From Candidatus Iainarchaeum sp. (lineage in GTDB: Archaea > Iainarchaeota > Iainarchaeia > Iainarchaeales > JAFCCW01), in the NCBI GenBank assembly GCA_017609985.1, contig JAFCCW010000014.1, positions 1 through 54,103 of the forward strand: DNA of 54,103 nucleotides, in the 5' to 3' direction. Position numbers and translations under genes: made by a program. Shown piece after piece: positions 18,733 through 28,721 of the stretch (position 1 is its first letter; each line of letters begins with the position of its first letter). The notes below the pieces were generated by a model that made no database searches, was not told where the DNA came from, and worked only from the letters and a program-made list of their open reading frames with translations.

Positions 18733-19602
18733 CTAGTTTCCAGTGCTGAGATAGTTCAGAGTGTTTCTGAGGATTTTCGGAGTTTTGTGTGGTTCGTAGT
18801 TGAAGTATATTACTTTTCCAATTATTCCGCCGAATACTCCTTTCTTTTCAACTATTCCTGTGATATAGTCTCCGGTTGTTGTTTCAATGTAGGCTATTTC
18901 ATTTCCAACAGGGGTTACGTCAAAGACCTCTAGATTGTATGGTGGAACTTCATGGGTTGCTGGAGCGAATTCTATTCCCTTCATTATTTCATTGTCCCAG
19001 TCTTGTCTGAAGATAACTCCTCTAACATTTCTTGGGGTTACGCAACTCTGAATATTTGTTGCTTCTGGAGTGCATTGAACAGGAACAACATCTCCAAAGA
19101 TTGCTTCCCATCCAACTGCGTCTGGGGCAAGACCCTGATTTGTTTTAATGTAAATTCCACTATTTTTAATAATCACAAATTTTCCACCGCTTTTAACATA
19201 GTTTTGCATTTCTTCTGCAAACTCTTGCGGTACGCTCTTGTCATTGTCCATGGTTTGGTCCAGCCAGACTGCATCATATTGCGCTAGAATTTCTGCAGGA
19301 TTTCTCTGCATAGTGCTTGGCTTTACAATCCTGTATCTTACAATATCTGAGTATTCTTCAAGATATGCAACAAGCTCTCCTCTTGGGGAACCAACAATCA
19401 ATAATTTCATTGGGTCGTCTCCGCCGAGAATATCGCTTAGAACAGGAATATACCAGAAATCAAATCTGGCTCCGATTGCAATAATTATAATGACAACGAG
19501 AACAAGTGGAATCAAACCCTCTAGTCTAATGTTCATCTTGTTTCCAAATCCTCCGCCCATTGGTTCTGGGGGTAATGCGGCTCCTGGGTCATCTGGGTAC
19601 AA
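18733..19602 (-). CDS. Membrane-anchored protein with class I glutamine amidotransferase-like fold
   Basis: N-terminal TM helix; LAQYDAVWL, NYVKSGGKFVII, GKVIYF. Confidence 0.55.
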   Translation of the reverse strand: MYPDDPGAALPPEPMGGGFGNKMNIRLEGLIPLVLVVIIIIAIGARFDFWYIPVLSDILGGDDPMKLLIVGSPRGELVAYLEEYSDIVRYRIVKPSTMQRNPAEILAQYDAVWLDQTMDNDKSVPQEFAEEMQNYVKSGGKFVIIKNSGIYIKTNQGLAPDAVGWEAIFGDVVPVQCTPEATNIQSCVTPRNVRGVIFRQDWDNEIMKGIEFAPATHEVPPYNLEVFDVTPVGNEIAYIETTTGDYITGIVEKKGVFGGIIGKVIYFNYEPHKTPKILRNTLNYLSTGN

Positions 19603-19743
19603 AACAAAACACCTTTTCCTTTTCTTAATCCATTCCGATTAATTTGTTAAATCCAATAATATTTTGGTTTCATTCTTTAAATAACTATCGTCAATTCAAC
19701 TTATTCTAATATGTTCCCATTCTTTAAAAACCTTTCTCCTTTC

Positions 19744-20697
19744 TTAACCGTAAACCATGCCAGTGTACATTTTTCCAATCAGTGTCAGGTACTTGTTTTC
19801 CTGTTCCAGCTTCGGGTTTGCATAGTACTCTGGTGGCAAAGCATAGTATGCTACGCGTTCTCCAAAACCTGATTGCACTATCAATGGAGAGCCTGAGCCA
19901 TATTCGTTTCCCGCGTCATCAAACAGGTTTGCCTGATAGTCTATGTCAAGCACTGCTGTTGACACTCCTCCTGAAACACGTTCCACGATTGCAAAGTCTT
20001 CTTCTTCAAAAACATTTAACACGAGGTTTGTTGACAGTCCCCTTATAAGAGGATTTTTTCTTGTTGTCTCTGGCACGAGAAGACCTGCTCTTGTTTCAAG
20101 TGAATTCGAACAGGGTTTCACATCACAAAAGTTTGCAATGTATCTGACTGAAATAAGCTGGTCAAAGTTTATTATTTCGTTTCCTGACTTTCTTGTCCAA
20201 GCATTTATTGGAATGTGTTCTCCGCCATCCTTTGTTTCATCTTCGTACAATAACTCGTCTTCGTGCAATGGCTCTACTCCAGCATCTCCTGTCCAGACAA
20301 GATAGCCGCCTCCGTTGACGTATTCAATAAACATCTTGAGTTGTTCTGAACTCATCTGCCTTGCTTTCTCCACAACAACCATGTTGTATTCTTTCAGGTT
20401 TCCGCTGTTAACATGGCTTATGTGAACAAGCCTTGGTCTAATGCTTGTAACATTTGGGTCTGACAAAATTTCTTCAAGAAGTTCTGGATTACCCAGCCCG
20501 GAGTTGCCATAGACAATCAGCACATCCGGCTTTCCTCCGTCTGCAAGATTTGTTATGCCATAGTAGATTCCGCACCAGCCAGGTACTGCTCTGCATTTGA
20601 GAAATCCTGTCCAAGTAAGTGCAAACAATAGCGCAAAAATCAGTGCTAGAAGTAGAGCAATCCTTGCTCCATCTGATGCTAGTTGTCGTGAATCCAT
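19744..20697 (-). CDS. Membrane-anchored protein, probable paralog of 18733..19602
   Basis: N-terminal TM helix; LKEYNMVVV, EYVNGGGYLVW, RVAYYA. Confidence 0.55.
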   Translation of the reverse strand: MDSRQLASDGARIALLLALIFALLFALTWTGFLKCRAVPGWCGIYYGITNLADGGKPDVLIVYGNSGLGNPELLEEILSDPNVTSIRPRLVHISHVNSGNLKEYNMVVVEKARQMSSEQLKMFIEYVNGGGYLVWTGDAGVEPLHEDELLYEDETKDGGEHIPINAWTRKSGNEIINFDQLISVRYIANFCDVKPCSNSLETRAGLLVPETTRKNPLIRGLSTNLVLNVFEEEDFAIVERVSGGVSTAVLDIDYQANLFDDAGNEYGSGSPLIVQSGFGERVAYYALPPEYYANPKLEQENKYLTLIGKMYTGMVYG

Positions 20698-20782
20698 TTC
20701 AGCGCCTTAGTTAAGCTTTTTATTGCTTTCTTTATCCTATTTATTTAGTTCTGGATGTATATATTTGTTTAGGTGAGATGAA

Positions 20783-20950
20783 ATGGTAAAACTAAAAAAA
20801 GGAGCCCCGTCAGCAGGACCAAGTTCTTCAATTGGAATAATGCGTTTTTTTGATGCAGACACTTCAGGGCCAAAGATTGCTCCGGAAGCAATTATTGTGG
20901 TTTCAGGAATTTTCATTGCAGCAGTTTTAGTAATAAAACTTCTTGGATAG
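20783..20950 (+). CDS. Preprotein translocase subunit Sec61beta (55 aa, below ORF-track cutoff)
   Basis: MVKLKKGAPSAGPSSSIGIMRFFDADTSGPKIAPEAIIVVSGIFIAAVLVIKLLG; GGTGA RBS upstream. Confidence 0.85.
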   Translation: MVKLKKGAPSAGPSSSIGIMRFFDADTSGPKIAPEAIIVVSGIFIAAVLVIKLLG

Positions 20951-20983
20951 AAAAGCCGGATAGCAAGTCAAGCAATTTCAAAA

Positions 20984-21184
20984 TCAAATTTTTCTTGTGC
21001 CCATGCAGTTAGGATACATTATGCAGCCCCAGAAACTTCCAAATTTTCCTTTTCTAATACTCATTGATTTTCCGCAGACTGGGCAGTTCTGCATTTTCAC
21101 ATCTTTTGGATTGCATCTGGAGCACAGAGTTGTTCCGTTTTCAAGTTCTTTGGTGGCTTGGCCCCCACAAACAGCGCATTTCAT
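20984..21184 (-). CDS. Small zinc-ribbon protein (topoisomerase C4 zinc-finger-like)
   Basis: CPVCGKSMSIRKGKFGSFWGCIMYPNC plus an N-terminal CxxC...CxxC. Confidence 0.8.
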   Translation of the reverse strand: MKCAVCGGQATKELENGTTLCSRCNPKDVKMQNCPVCGKSMSIRKGKFGSFWGCIMYPNCMGTRKI

Positions 21185-21226
21185 TTAATCAGGAACAGAG
21201 AAAGAGCATAATGCTTTTTAACCTGT

Positions 21227-24103
21227 CTATGATTTTTTTGATTTTTTGATGTTGATGAAAAATTCTCTTTCAAGCAGTCGCTCCATTTCAGTGCTTTCCT
21301 TTCCTGCCACAATCTTTGAATTAGTTTCCTGTTCAATTGTCTTGCTGTATGCTTTTAAAAATTCAGTATCACTGCATGCAATTTCCAGAACTGCTTTTTC
21401 ATCTGGTTTCAACCCAGCTTTTTTTCTTGCGTCCTGCACGCGCCTTACAAGTTCTCTTAGTTCCCATTCCTGTTTTAATTTTTCATCAGCTTCTGTGCAG
21501 AGGAATATTTCAATTTCTGGCAGCTCTGATTTTTTCTCTGCATAGCCTCCTTTTGGTTTTTGCTTTGTTTCAGAAACCTTTTTTACATTTGCTGATTTTG
21601 CAACAATTTTCTTAACTTTTGAAATTTCCTTTCCTGACTTGCTTTTAACAACAAGTTCTTTAAGCGGCCATCTCAATCTCAGCTTTTCTTGTTCTCTTAA
21701 AGCAAGGGACTCCTGCACAATCTTCATTCCCTTTTCCATTTCTTGTTCAAGCTTTTCGTCAACAAGTTTTTTGTCTGATTTCTCAATTTCAAGAAGATGG
21801 ATGGATTCTGGCGCTTTCCCTGTTCTCATGTCTTGATAAAAATGCTCTGCAAGATGCGGAGTTATTGGTGAAACAAGTTTTAACAGGTTCAGGAAACAAT
21901 ACTCTAAAACTTTCTTTACTTTTTTTCCCTCTTCTCCTGTTCGTCCCCTGACAAGTTTTATATATGTTCTGCTCAAATCCTCTATTACAAATTCTTCTAT
22001 TGTTCCTGCAATCTTGTAAAACTCGTAACTATTGTAGTGGTTCACAATCTTTTCTGAAACCTGATTTAATCTGCTGACAATCCATTTGTCTTCCGGTTCA
22101 AGTTTGGATGGCAGACTTGCTTTTCCATTTGTTTCCAATCCAAGATACATTTTTGTGAATCTGTAAGAATTCCAAAGAATATTAAAGAATCTGTTAATGT
22201 CAGTAAAGTAATCCCAGCTAAAACTAAAGTCTTCTCCTCTTGACTCTTTTACTAAAAACCAGCGGAGATAGTCTCTGTTGTATTTTTCAATTACTTCTTC
22301 TGGCTGAACAACGTTGCCCAGGCTTTTTGACATTTTTTTCTTTTCGACATCAAGAACCATGCCGTGAACTGCAATGGATTCAAATGGTTTTTTGTCAAAA
22401 CAAATAATGCTTGTTATAAGCTGTGAATTCCACCAGCCCCTGACCTGGTCTGTTCCCTCTATGTTCAGGTTAGCTGGCCAGTATTTTTTGAACTTGCTTT
22501 TGTCTGACGGATGGCCCAGTGCAGCCCAACTGCTTACTCCTGAATCAAACCACACATCAAGTACATCTTTAACTCTCTTGAACTTGCCTCCACACCTGCA
22601 ATCCCATTCAACACTGTCAATGAATGGCTTGTGCAAGTCAAGCTCTTTTGGCAGGCTTGCTTTTTTTGACAGCTCTTTGACTGAACCAATTACTTCTTTT
22701 TCTCCGCAGTCGTCGCAAATCCATATTGGAAGCGGTGTTCCCCAGTATCTTTTTCTTGAAACAGGCCAGTCTCCAAGACTTTCAATCCAGTTTCCCATTC
22801 TGTCCTTCATCCACTTAGGAGTCCATTCAACTTTCTTGTTTTCTGAAGCAAGTTTTTTTTGAATTTTGCTGATTCTAAAAAACCATTGGGGTGTAGCAAT
22901 CATTAACAAAGGGGATTTGCATCTCCAACAAACAGGGTAATCGTGAGTGTAAGGGTGTTTGAACACAAGCTTGTTTTCTGAGTCAAGGTCTTGTACGATT
23001 TCTTCATCCACTACTCTTGCCTTGCCGCCAGAATATTTTCCTGCTTTTTTTGTAAGCTGTCCATTTATTGCAACAGGGCTCAGGATTGGCAAGCCTGCTT
23101 TGCTTCCTACTTCAAAGTCTTCTTTACCGTGTCCTGGTGCAGTGTGAACAAGACCTGTTCCCTCGTCAAGATTTACATATCTGTCGTTTGTAATTATTCT
23201 GTAACCGTTTTCAATATCTTTCTTTTCAAAAGCAAGATTTTTTTCCAATGGATTCTTGTAAGCAATTCCTTCGAGTTCTTTTCCGCTTACTTCTTTTTCA
23301 ATAGTGTAACCTGCTTCAATTGCATCCATTAATTTTTGCACAAGTTCTGATGCAATAATCCATGTTTCTCCATTGCCCATTGTTACAAAAGAATACTTGT
23401 ATTTTGGATGCACCATTATTCCTGAGTTTGCTGGAAGAGTCCAGGGAGTAGTTGTCCAGATTATGAAAAAATGTTTTTTCATATTCTTGTCTGCAAAAGG
23501 AAACTTGACATAAACTGCATTGTCTGTTTGCTTTACGTATTCTATTTCATTGTAGGCAACAGCTGTTTCACATCTTGGGCAGACATGCACTGAATATTTT
23601 CCCTTGTAAAGAAGTTCTTTTTCATCTGCTTTTTTGAAAGTCCACCAGATTGCTTCAATGTATTCGTTTGAAAGCGTCAAGTAAGGGTTTTCAAAACCCA
23701 TCCAGACTCCGAGATTTTCAAATTCATTGTTCATTGAATCAATGTGTTGTGTTGCAAACTCTCTGCATTTTTTTGTGAACTTTTTCACACCATATTCTTC
23801 AATGTCGTTCTTTTTTTCAAAACCGAGTTCTTTTTCAACAGCATTTTCAATTGGCAGTCCATGAGTATCATAGCCTGCTCTGTCAAACACTTCAAAGCCC
23901 TGCATTCTCTTTGATCTGATTGCCACGTCTTTGAGAATTTTGTTCAAAGCAGTGCCCATGTGAATACTGCCTGTTGCGTATGGTGGACCGTCCATTAAAT
24001 AGAATCTTTCTTTTTCCTTCTTTCCTCTAACTTTTTCAGGGATTTTTTTGGAGATCCAAAACTTCCTGATTTCTTCTTCTGTTTTTTTTGAAAACTGTTC
24101 CAT
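21227..24103 (-). CDS. ileS: Isoleucine--tRNA ligase
   Basis: DGPPYATGSIHMG, WTTTPWTLP, GTGLVHTAPGHG, KMSKSLGN. Confidence 0.97.
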   Translation of the reverse strand: MEQFSKKTEEEIRKFWISKKIPEKVRGKKEKERFYLMDGPPYATGSIHMGTALNKILKDVAIRSKRMQGFEVFDRAGYDTHGLPIENAVEKELGFEKKNDIEEYGVKKFTKKCREFATQHIDSMNNEFENLGVWMGFENPYLTLSNEYIEAIWWTFKKADEKELLYKGKYSVHVCPRCETAVAYNEIEYVKQTDNAVYVKFPFADKNMKKHFFIIWTTTPWTLPANSGIMVHPKYKYSFVTMGNGETWIIASELVQKLMDAIEAGYTIEKEVSGKELEGIAYKNPLEKNLAFEKKDIENGYRIITNDRYVNLDEGTGLVHTAPGHGKEDFEVGSKAGLPILSPVAINGQLTKKAGKYSGGKARVVDEEIVQDLDSENKLVFKHPYTHDYPVCWRCKSPLLMIATPQWFFRISKIQKKLASENKKVEWTPKWMKDRMGNWIESLGDWPVSRKRYWGTPLPIWICDDCGEKEVIGSVKELSKKASLPKELDLHKPFIDSVEWDCRCGGKFKRVKDVLDVWFDSGVSSWAALGHPSDKSKFKKYWPANLNIEGTDQVRGWWNSQLITSIICFDKKPFESIAVHGMVLDVEKKKMSKSLGNVVQPEEVIEKYNRDYLRWFLVKESRGEDFSFSWDYFTDINRFFNILWNSYRFTKMYLGLETNGKASLPSKLEPEDKWIVSRLNQVSEKIVNHYNSYEFYKIAGTIEEFVIEDLSRTYIKLVRGRTGEEGKKVKKVLEYCFLNLLKLVSPITPHLAEHFYQDMRTGKAPESIHLLEIEKSDKKLVDEKLEQEMEKGMKIVQESLALREQEKLRLRWPLKELVVKSKSGKEISKVKKIVAKSANVKKVSETKQKPKGGYAEKKSELPEIEIFLCTEADEKLKQEWELRELVRRVQDARKKAGLKPDEKAVLEIACSDTEFLKAYSKTIEQETNSKIVAGKESTEMERLLEREFFINIKKSKKS

Positions 24104-24214
24104 CCTGCTCACTTTAGCCTAAATTCATTAATAAAATTTATGTTGCCTTTTTTGTAAAACCCTGCTCGAGCTTTGCTCGAATAGGCATATCCTGTTTGCG
24201 GAATATTGAGGCAA

Positions 24215-24288
24215 TGGGCACGGGCGGATTTGAACCGCCGACCCTTGGTGTATAAGACCAATGCTCCGCCAGACTAAGCTACGCGCCC
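24215..24288 (-). tRNA. tRNA-Ile(TAT)
   Basis: Acceptor GGGCGCG/CGTGCCC-A; anticodon arm TTGGT-CTTATAC-ACCAA; T-loop TTCAAAT. Confidence 0.9.
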
Positions 24289-24295
24289 AAAAAAA

Positions 24296-24643
24296 TCATG
24301 AAAGTTCTTTTTCACTCATGTTGTTTTCTGTATTTACTTCTTCAATCTCTTCTTTGGATTCTTCAAATTTTCCAAAGCGACCTATGCTGAGGCGCAGTGA
24401 ATTTTTGAAGAATTGAGTGTAGCCATTTTCAATCTTGTAAACTTTTCCAATTTCCGCCTTATCAATTGCTTCGTCCCAGAGAGTCAGAAGGATTGCTCCT
24501 GTTTCGTCTCCGACCAATGCTTCGGTTACTCTGTGTCTGCTGTCATCAAGTTTTGAAACAACTTCTCTTACTTCATTCTTTTCAACTGTTTTTACAATCA
24601 CGTCAATTTTTTTCTGGTATGGCTTCAATTCTTCAATCTTCAT
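24296..24643 (-). CDS. Single-OB-fold single-stranded DNA-binding protein
   Basis: VTEALVGDETGAILLTLWDE, IENGY, LSIGRFG; GGAGG RBS. Confidence 0.88.
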   Translation of the reverse strand: MKIEELKPYQKKIDVIVKTVEKNEVREVVSKLDDSRHRVTEALVGDETGAILLTLWDEAIDKAEIGKVYKIENGYTQFFKNSLRLSIGRFGKFEESKEEIEEVNTENNMSEKELS

Positions 24644-24776
24644 CTTGTTTCCTCCTTTTAGATATTTCACTTAAAAAGGATATTTAAAGTTATTCTATTT
24701 CTTTTTTTTCCTGCCTAATGGCTGTTGTGTGTTAAAAAAATAAAAAAAAGAGAAAAAAATGAAGCTTTGTTTAGCT

Positions 24777-25472
24777 TCATTTCAGCCCTTTTTTCAGAGT
24801 TTGCCCGATTCCGAGCAATTCCTTTTTGTAGGCCAATCCTATGCCAACTCCAATTACGATTGCCAAAACCCATGCGAACGCAGTAATGAATGGTCCAACG
24901 AAGATTTTGATTAGCTCTATTAGAGTCTCAACATTGTATTGGTCTACTACAAACGACAGGCCCATTATTCCAAAGAAGACAACTATTATTATTTCTAGTC
25001 CAATTCCGACTGTCTTCTTTAGCTTGTGCTGTGTTGCTTCGATTATGTTTCTTACCCATCTTCCTGCAAGCAGGCCCGCAACAATCACAATGATTGCTTT
25101 AAGCGCACTTGGGATAAGCCACACAATTGTTCCAAGCAATTGGTCCAGCACCTCTAATTCTATTAGGTTTGCCGCTTGTTGCAGGAATACGAAAATGATC
25201 CACCATTTTACTAAACTTCCTGCAATAGCTGATATTTCCTGGCCTCCAATAGCTGCTGACAAATTCTGCTCATCAACCCATTGGTCGACGGGAGTGCTTT
25301 GAAGAATCTTTATTATGAGTTTCTTCAAGAGTACGCCCACCCAATAACCAATGGCTGCGAGAATTATAACCAGAGCCAATGACGGCAGGATGTTGACTAG
25401 GGCATTGACCAGACTTTCGCCTGCTGCAACAATACCTAGTACTTCCAAAATTTTAATTGCCGTATCTATCAT
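24777..25472 (-). CDS. Mechanosensitive-channel-associated TM helix repeat membrane protein
   Basis: LPSLALVIILAAIGYWVG, IPSALKAIIVIVAGL, LAIVIGVGIG. Confidence 0.65.
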   Translation of the reverse strand: MIDTAIKILEVLGIVAAGESLVNALVNILPSLALVIILAAIGYWVGVLLKKLIIKILQSTPVDQWVDEQNLSAAIGGQEISAIAGSLVKWWIIFVFLQQAANLIELEVLDQLLGTIVWLIPSALKAIIVIVAGLLAGRWVRNIIEATQHKLKKTVGIGLEIIIVVFFGIMGLSFVVDQYNVETLIELIKIFVGPFITAFAWVLAIVIGVGIGLAYKKELLGIGQTLKKGLK

Positions 25473-25497
25473 AGTGAAATCACCACTATCAACAACA

Positions 25498-26034
25498 TCA
25501 ACCTGCTTTATAAAACTTATCCATGACTTCGTCAATCTGATTCTCTAAATCGCGTATTGTCGAATTATTTGTGATAGTGTGTTCTGCGAGACTGGTTGCC
25601 TTTTCCAATCCTTTTTTCTTTAAATCAAGTCTGTCTCTGCCAAAGAATTCATCTCGCTTCTCAGGGTCTTGTTCGTCTCGCCTTTCAAATCTTTTGTCCT
25701 TTCCTGCTACTACTTCAATAACAAGCACTTTGCCAGCCTTCTCTTTTAGGAACTCAATTTCTTCTGGAGACCTTGCTGCTGAGGCAACAATCTTGTCGTG
25801 CTTTCTTGCCTCTTCCCAGAGCAGTTCTGCTGGGGCGTGCATCCCGATTTCCTTTCTTAAGATGTCGCCCATCTTTGCAAGATTCATCTTGCTTGGCTCA
25901 AGCCCTCTCTTCACTGCTTCCCTTGCGATGAAATCGGAAAACACTAGTTTCCTGAAGCCGTACTTTTCTGCAATATAGTCTGCAACAGTGTCTTTGCCAG
26001 ACCTTGCTCTGCCGGTTAAGATGATTAGCTGCAT
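25498..26034 (-). CDS. P-loop kinase (dephospho-CoA/nucleoside monophosphate kinase-like)
   Basis: LTGRARSGKDT, RSPEEIEF, ITNNST. Confidence 0.75.
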   Translation of the reverse strand: MQLIILTGRARSGKDTVADYIAEKYGFRKLVFSDFIAREAVKRGLEPSKMNLAKMGDILRKEIGMHAPAELLWEEARKHDKIVASAARSPEEIEFLKEKAGKVLVIEVVAGKDKRFERRDEQDPEKRDEFFGRDRLDLKKKGLEKATSLAEHTITNNSTIRDLENQIDEVMDKFYKAG

Positions 26035-26178
26035 GATAGTATTATTCTCTTTATTTATTATATAAATTCCGCTCTCTGGATTAACCTATCTGGGACATTT
26101 GTCCCAAACTACTGTCTCGCAAAACCAAGACTATTTAGAAAAAAATCAAAAAAAGAAATCAAAAAAGAAATAGAAAAA

Positions 26179-26205
26179 GGAAGATGCGGTTAACCACATC
26201 TTTCC
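26179..26205 (-). terminator. Hairpin followed by a T-rich tract downstream of the thermosome gene
   Basis: ggaagatgcggttaaccacatctttcc next to A-runs on the plus strand. Confidence 0.45.
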
Positions 26206-26215
26206 TCTAATTGGT

Positions 26216-26322
26216 TTACATCATTCCTGGCTGCCGTTACGCCCGGCAGGTGCGGAGCCCATACTCCTTTCAGTCGTATGGGCTGTGTTTGTCTTTGGGA
26301 CTCGCACTACATCATTCCCGGC
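26216..26322. repeat. Duplicated thermosome 3' end flanking a 75-bp GC-rich hairpin element
   Basis: ttacatcattcctggc (26216) vs ctacatcattcccggc (26307); hairpins ctgccg/cggcag and agcccatac/gtatgggct between them. Confidence 0.75.
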
Positions 26323-27956
26323 ATTCCGCCGCCCATGCCTTCCATTCCGCCTGGCGGCATTGGGGGTCCCTTGTCCTTTGAGCTTCCTGCGATGATGTCG
26401 TCTATTCTCAGAATCATTTCTGAAACCTCTGTTCCTGAAGTGATTGCCTGTGTCTTGACTGACAATGGCTCTATTACGTTTGCTTTTGCCATGTCAACAA
26501 GCTCTGACTTGTGCACGTCAATTCCAATGTTTTTTCCCTCTTTTTCTTGGTGCTTGCTTTTGAGGCTGACCAGTGTGTCCAAGGGATCCATTCCTGCTGT
26601 TTCTGCAAGAGTTCTTGGAATTTCTTCAAGGGTTTCCGCAAATGCTTCGATTGCTATCTGCTCTCTGCCCCCGATTGTTTTTGCATAGTCTCTCAAGCCG
26701 AGTGACATTTCTATTTCAATGCTTCCTCCGCCTGATACGATTTTGCCGTCCTTGAGTGCGGTTGCTGTTGCCATTAGTGCATCGTGGATTGCTCTTTCTG
26801 CTTCATCCACTACATGCTCGCTTCCGCCTCTTACAAGAATTGAGATGCTTTTTGGGTTCTCGCAGCCTTCTACAAACACCATGTCGTCTCCGGAGATTTT
26901 TTTCTCTGCTACTGTTTTGGCGCTTCCAAGGTCTGCTTCGCTGATGTCTTCGAGCCTTGTGACAATCTTTCCTCCTGTTGCCCTTGCCAGTGCTTTCATG
27001 TCACTTTCCTTGGCTCTCCTGACTGCTGAGATCCCTTCTTTTGCAAGGAAATGTTGTGCAAGGTCGTCTATTCCCTTCTGGCACACTACAAAGTTTGCGC
27101 CTGAATCAACTATTTTTTGAACCATGTCTTTCAGCATTTTTTCTTCCTGGTCAAGGAATGCCTGCAGCTGGTCTGGAGAAGTAATTTCAATTTTTGCATC
27201 TGTTTCTGTTTCCTTCATTTCAAGCGCTGAGTCAATCAGTGCAATTTTTGCGTTCTCAACCTTTTTTGGCATTCCAGAGTGCACGATTTCCTTGTCCAGC
27301 ACTATTCCTTCAACAAGCTCTGTGTTGTCAAGGCTTCCTCCTTCTTTTTTTTCAACTTTTACGTTGTCAATGTCAATAATGGTTTTTCCGTTTTCTTCCT
27401 CTGAAACTGCAGTGACTGCTTTCACTACAAGGTCAGAAAGTTCCTTGCTTGCTTCTGCGCTCTTTCCAGTCATTGAAGTCATTGCAATATTTCTCAATGT
27501 TTCCTTGTCGTCTTTTTTTATTTCGATTGCTTCTGCTTTTGCAACTTCTTTTGCTTTTTTTGCAGCCATTCTGTATCCTTTGATTATGATGCTTGGGTGA
27601 ATTTCGTCGTCAAGCATATTCTCTGCTCTCTTCAAGAGTCCGCCTGCTAGAACAACTGCGGTTGTTGTTCCGTCCCCCACTTCATCATCCTGTGTTTTTG
27701 CAACTTCCACAAGCATTTTTCCGACTGGGTGGTCAATGCTCATTTCGTCAAGGATTGTTGCTCCGTCGTTTGAAATTGTTACGTCTCCAAGATCGTCGAC
27801 AATCATCTTGTCCATTCCTCTTGGTCCAAGAGTGCTCTTAACTGCGTTTGCTACTGCCTTTGCTATAAGGATGTTTATTCTCTGGGCATCCCTTCCTCTT
27901 GTTCTTTTAGTGCCTTCTGTCATAAAGACAACAGGCTGCTGATTTGGTTCAGCCAT
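26307..27956 (-). CDS. Thermosome (group II chaperonin) subunit
   Basis: [32 protein letters not shown]-rich tail. Confidence 0.97.
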   Translation of the reverse strand: MAEPNQQPVVFMTEGTKRTRGRDAQRINILIAKAVANAVKSTLGPRGMDKMIVDDLGDVTISNDGATILDEMSIDHPVGKMLVEVAKTQDDEVGDGTTTAVVLAGGLLKRAENMLDDEIHPSIIIKGYRMAAKKAKEVAKAEAIEIKKDDKETLRNIAMTSMTGKSAEASKELSDLVVKAVTAVSEEENGKTIIDIDNVKVEKKEGGSLDNTELVEGIVLDKEIVHSGMPKKVENAKIALIDSALEMKETETDAKIEITSPDQLQAFLDQEEKMLKDMVQKIVDSGANFVVCQKGIDDLAQHFLAKEGISAVRRAKESDMKALARATGGKIVTRLEDISEADLGSAKTVAEKKISGDDMVFVEGCENPKSISILVRGGSEHVVDEAERAIHDALMATATALKDGKIVSGGGSIEIEMSLGLRDYAKTIGGREQIAIEAFAETLEEIPRTLAETAGMDPLDTLVSLKSKHQEKEGKNIGIDVHKSELVDMAKANVIEPLSVKTQAITSGTEVSEMILRIDDIIAGSSKDKGPPMPPGGMEGMGGGMPGMM

Positions 27957-28055
27957 TTATATCAACCTCCGTTAAAAAATATATATACTTTCATATCCAT
28001 CAAAAATAGATTATAAACATTGCTGGATATAAATGTTTAAAAAGCTTGGCTTTGA

Positions 28056-28670
28056 TTATCTCAGTCTCTTTCTAATTGTTGTCTTTGGACATTTTCTCTG
28101 ATGAACTGATAGGCGGGCAAGTGCTGAGCCAAGTCTTCTTTGAGGTCTGTCAGGGAAAAAAGTTGGAAAAATTCTTGATATTGTTGGTCTCTTAAAATCA
28201 GGTGCTTCTTTAGGCCATTGGGCTCTAAGAGAATTTTCAAATTTTTCTTGTTCGTGTTTATCTTGATGTGTATAACCCAGGTGCATAAAGAATGCAAGAG
28301 AACGTGCAATTCCCTTAGTTATTTTCACTTCTTTAAAACCCATGTCTGCGAGCTTTTTTTCAATTAGTTTAATCATATTTATTGGTGTTTGGGGATGGGC
28401 ATATTCTCCTTTAAATTGATGAAATCCAATTTCCCCAATATTTGGGTTTTCTTTTGATCTCCATACATCTATCCTATTCGGCTTTTTTGCGTCCTGGTGC
28501 TTGAAGAAAAACCTTATTACTTGCCTTGGAGTTTTTCCATCTCCTGCTCTGGACGTTGTTTCAAATGGTTTTCCAATAGCAATTTCTTTTCCTGCCACTC
28601 GCATAATGCTTTCTGTTTCAATTTCTTTTCCACTATGCATTATCTTAAGCTGGTCTTTTGTTGGACTCAT
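28056..28670 (-). CDS. Hypothetical basic protein
   Basis: 204-aa ORF with a TATA-like element upstream; no clear motif. Confidence 0.55.
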   Translation of the reverse strand: MSPTKDQLKIMHSGKEIETESIMRVAGKEIAIGKPFETTSRAGDGKTPRQVIRFFFKHQDAKKPNRIDVWRSKENPNIGEIGFHQFKGEYAHPQTPINMIKLIEKKLADMGFKEVKITKGIARSLAFFMHLGYTHQDKHEQEKFENSLRAQWPKEAPDFKRPTISRIFPTFFPDRPQRRLGSALARLSVHQRKCPKTTIRKRLR

Positions 28671-28721
28671 AATAGAATTGAATACGTTAGGGAAATATAA
28701 ATTTATTGCAGTAGAAGATTA

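Noticed and set aside
26138-26178. aaaaaagaaat-like short repeats
   Set aside because: Low-complexity T-rich terminator region on the minus strand.
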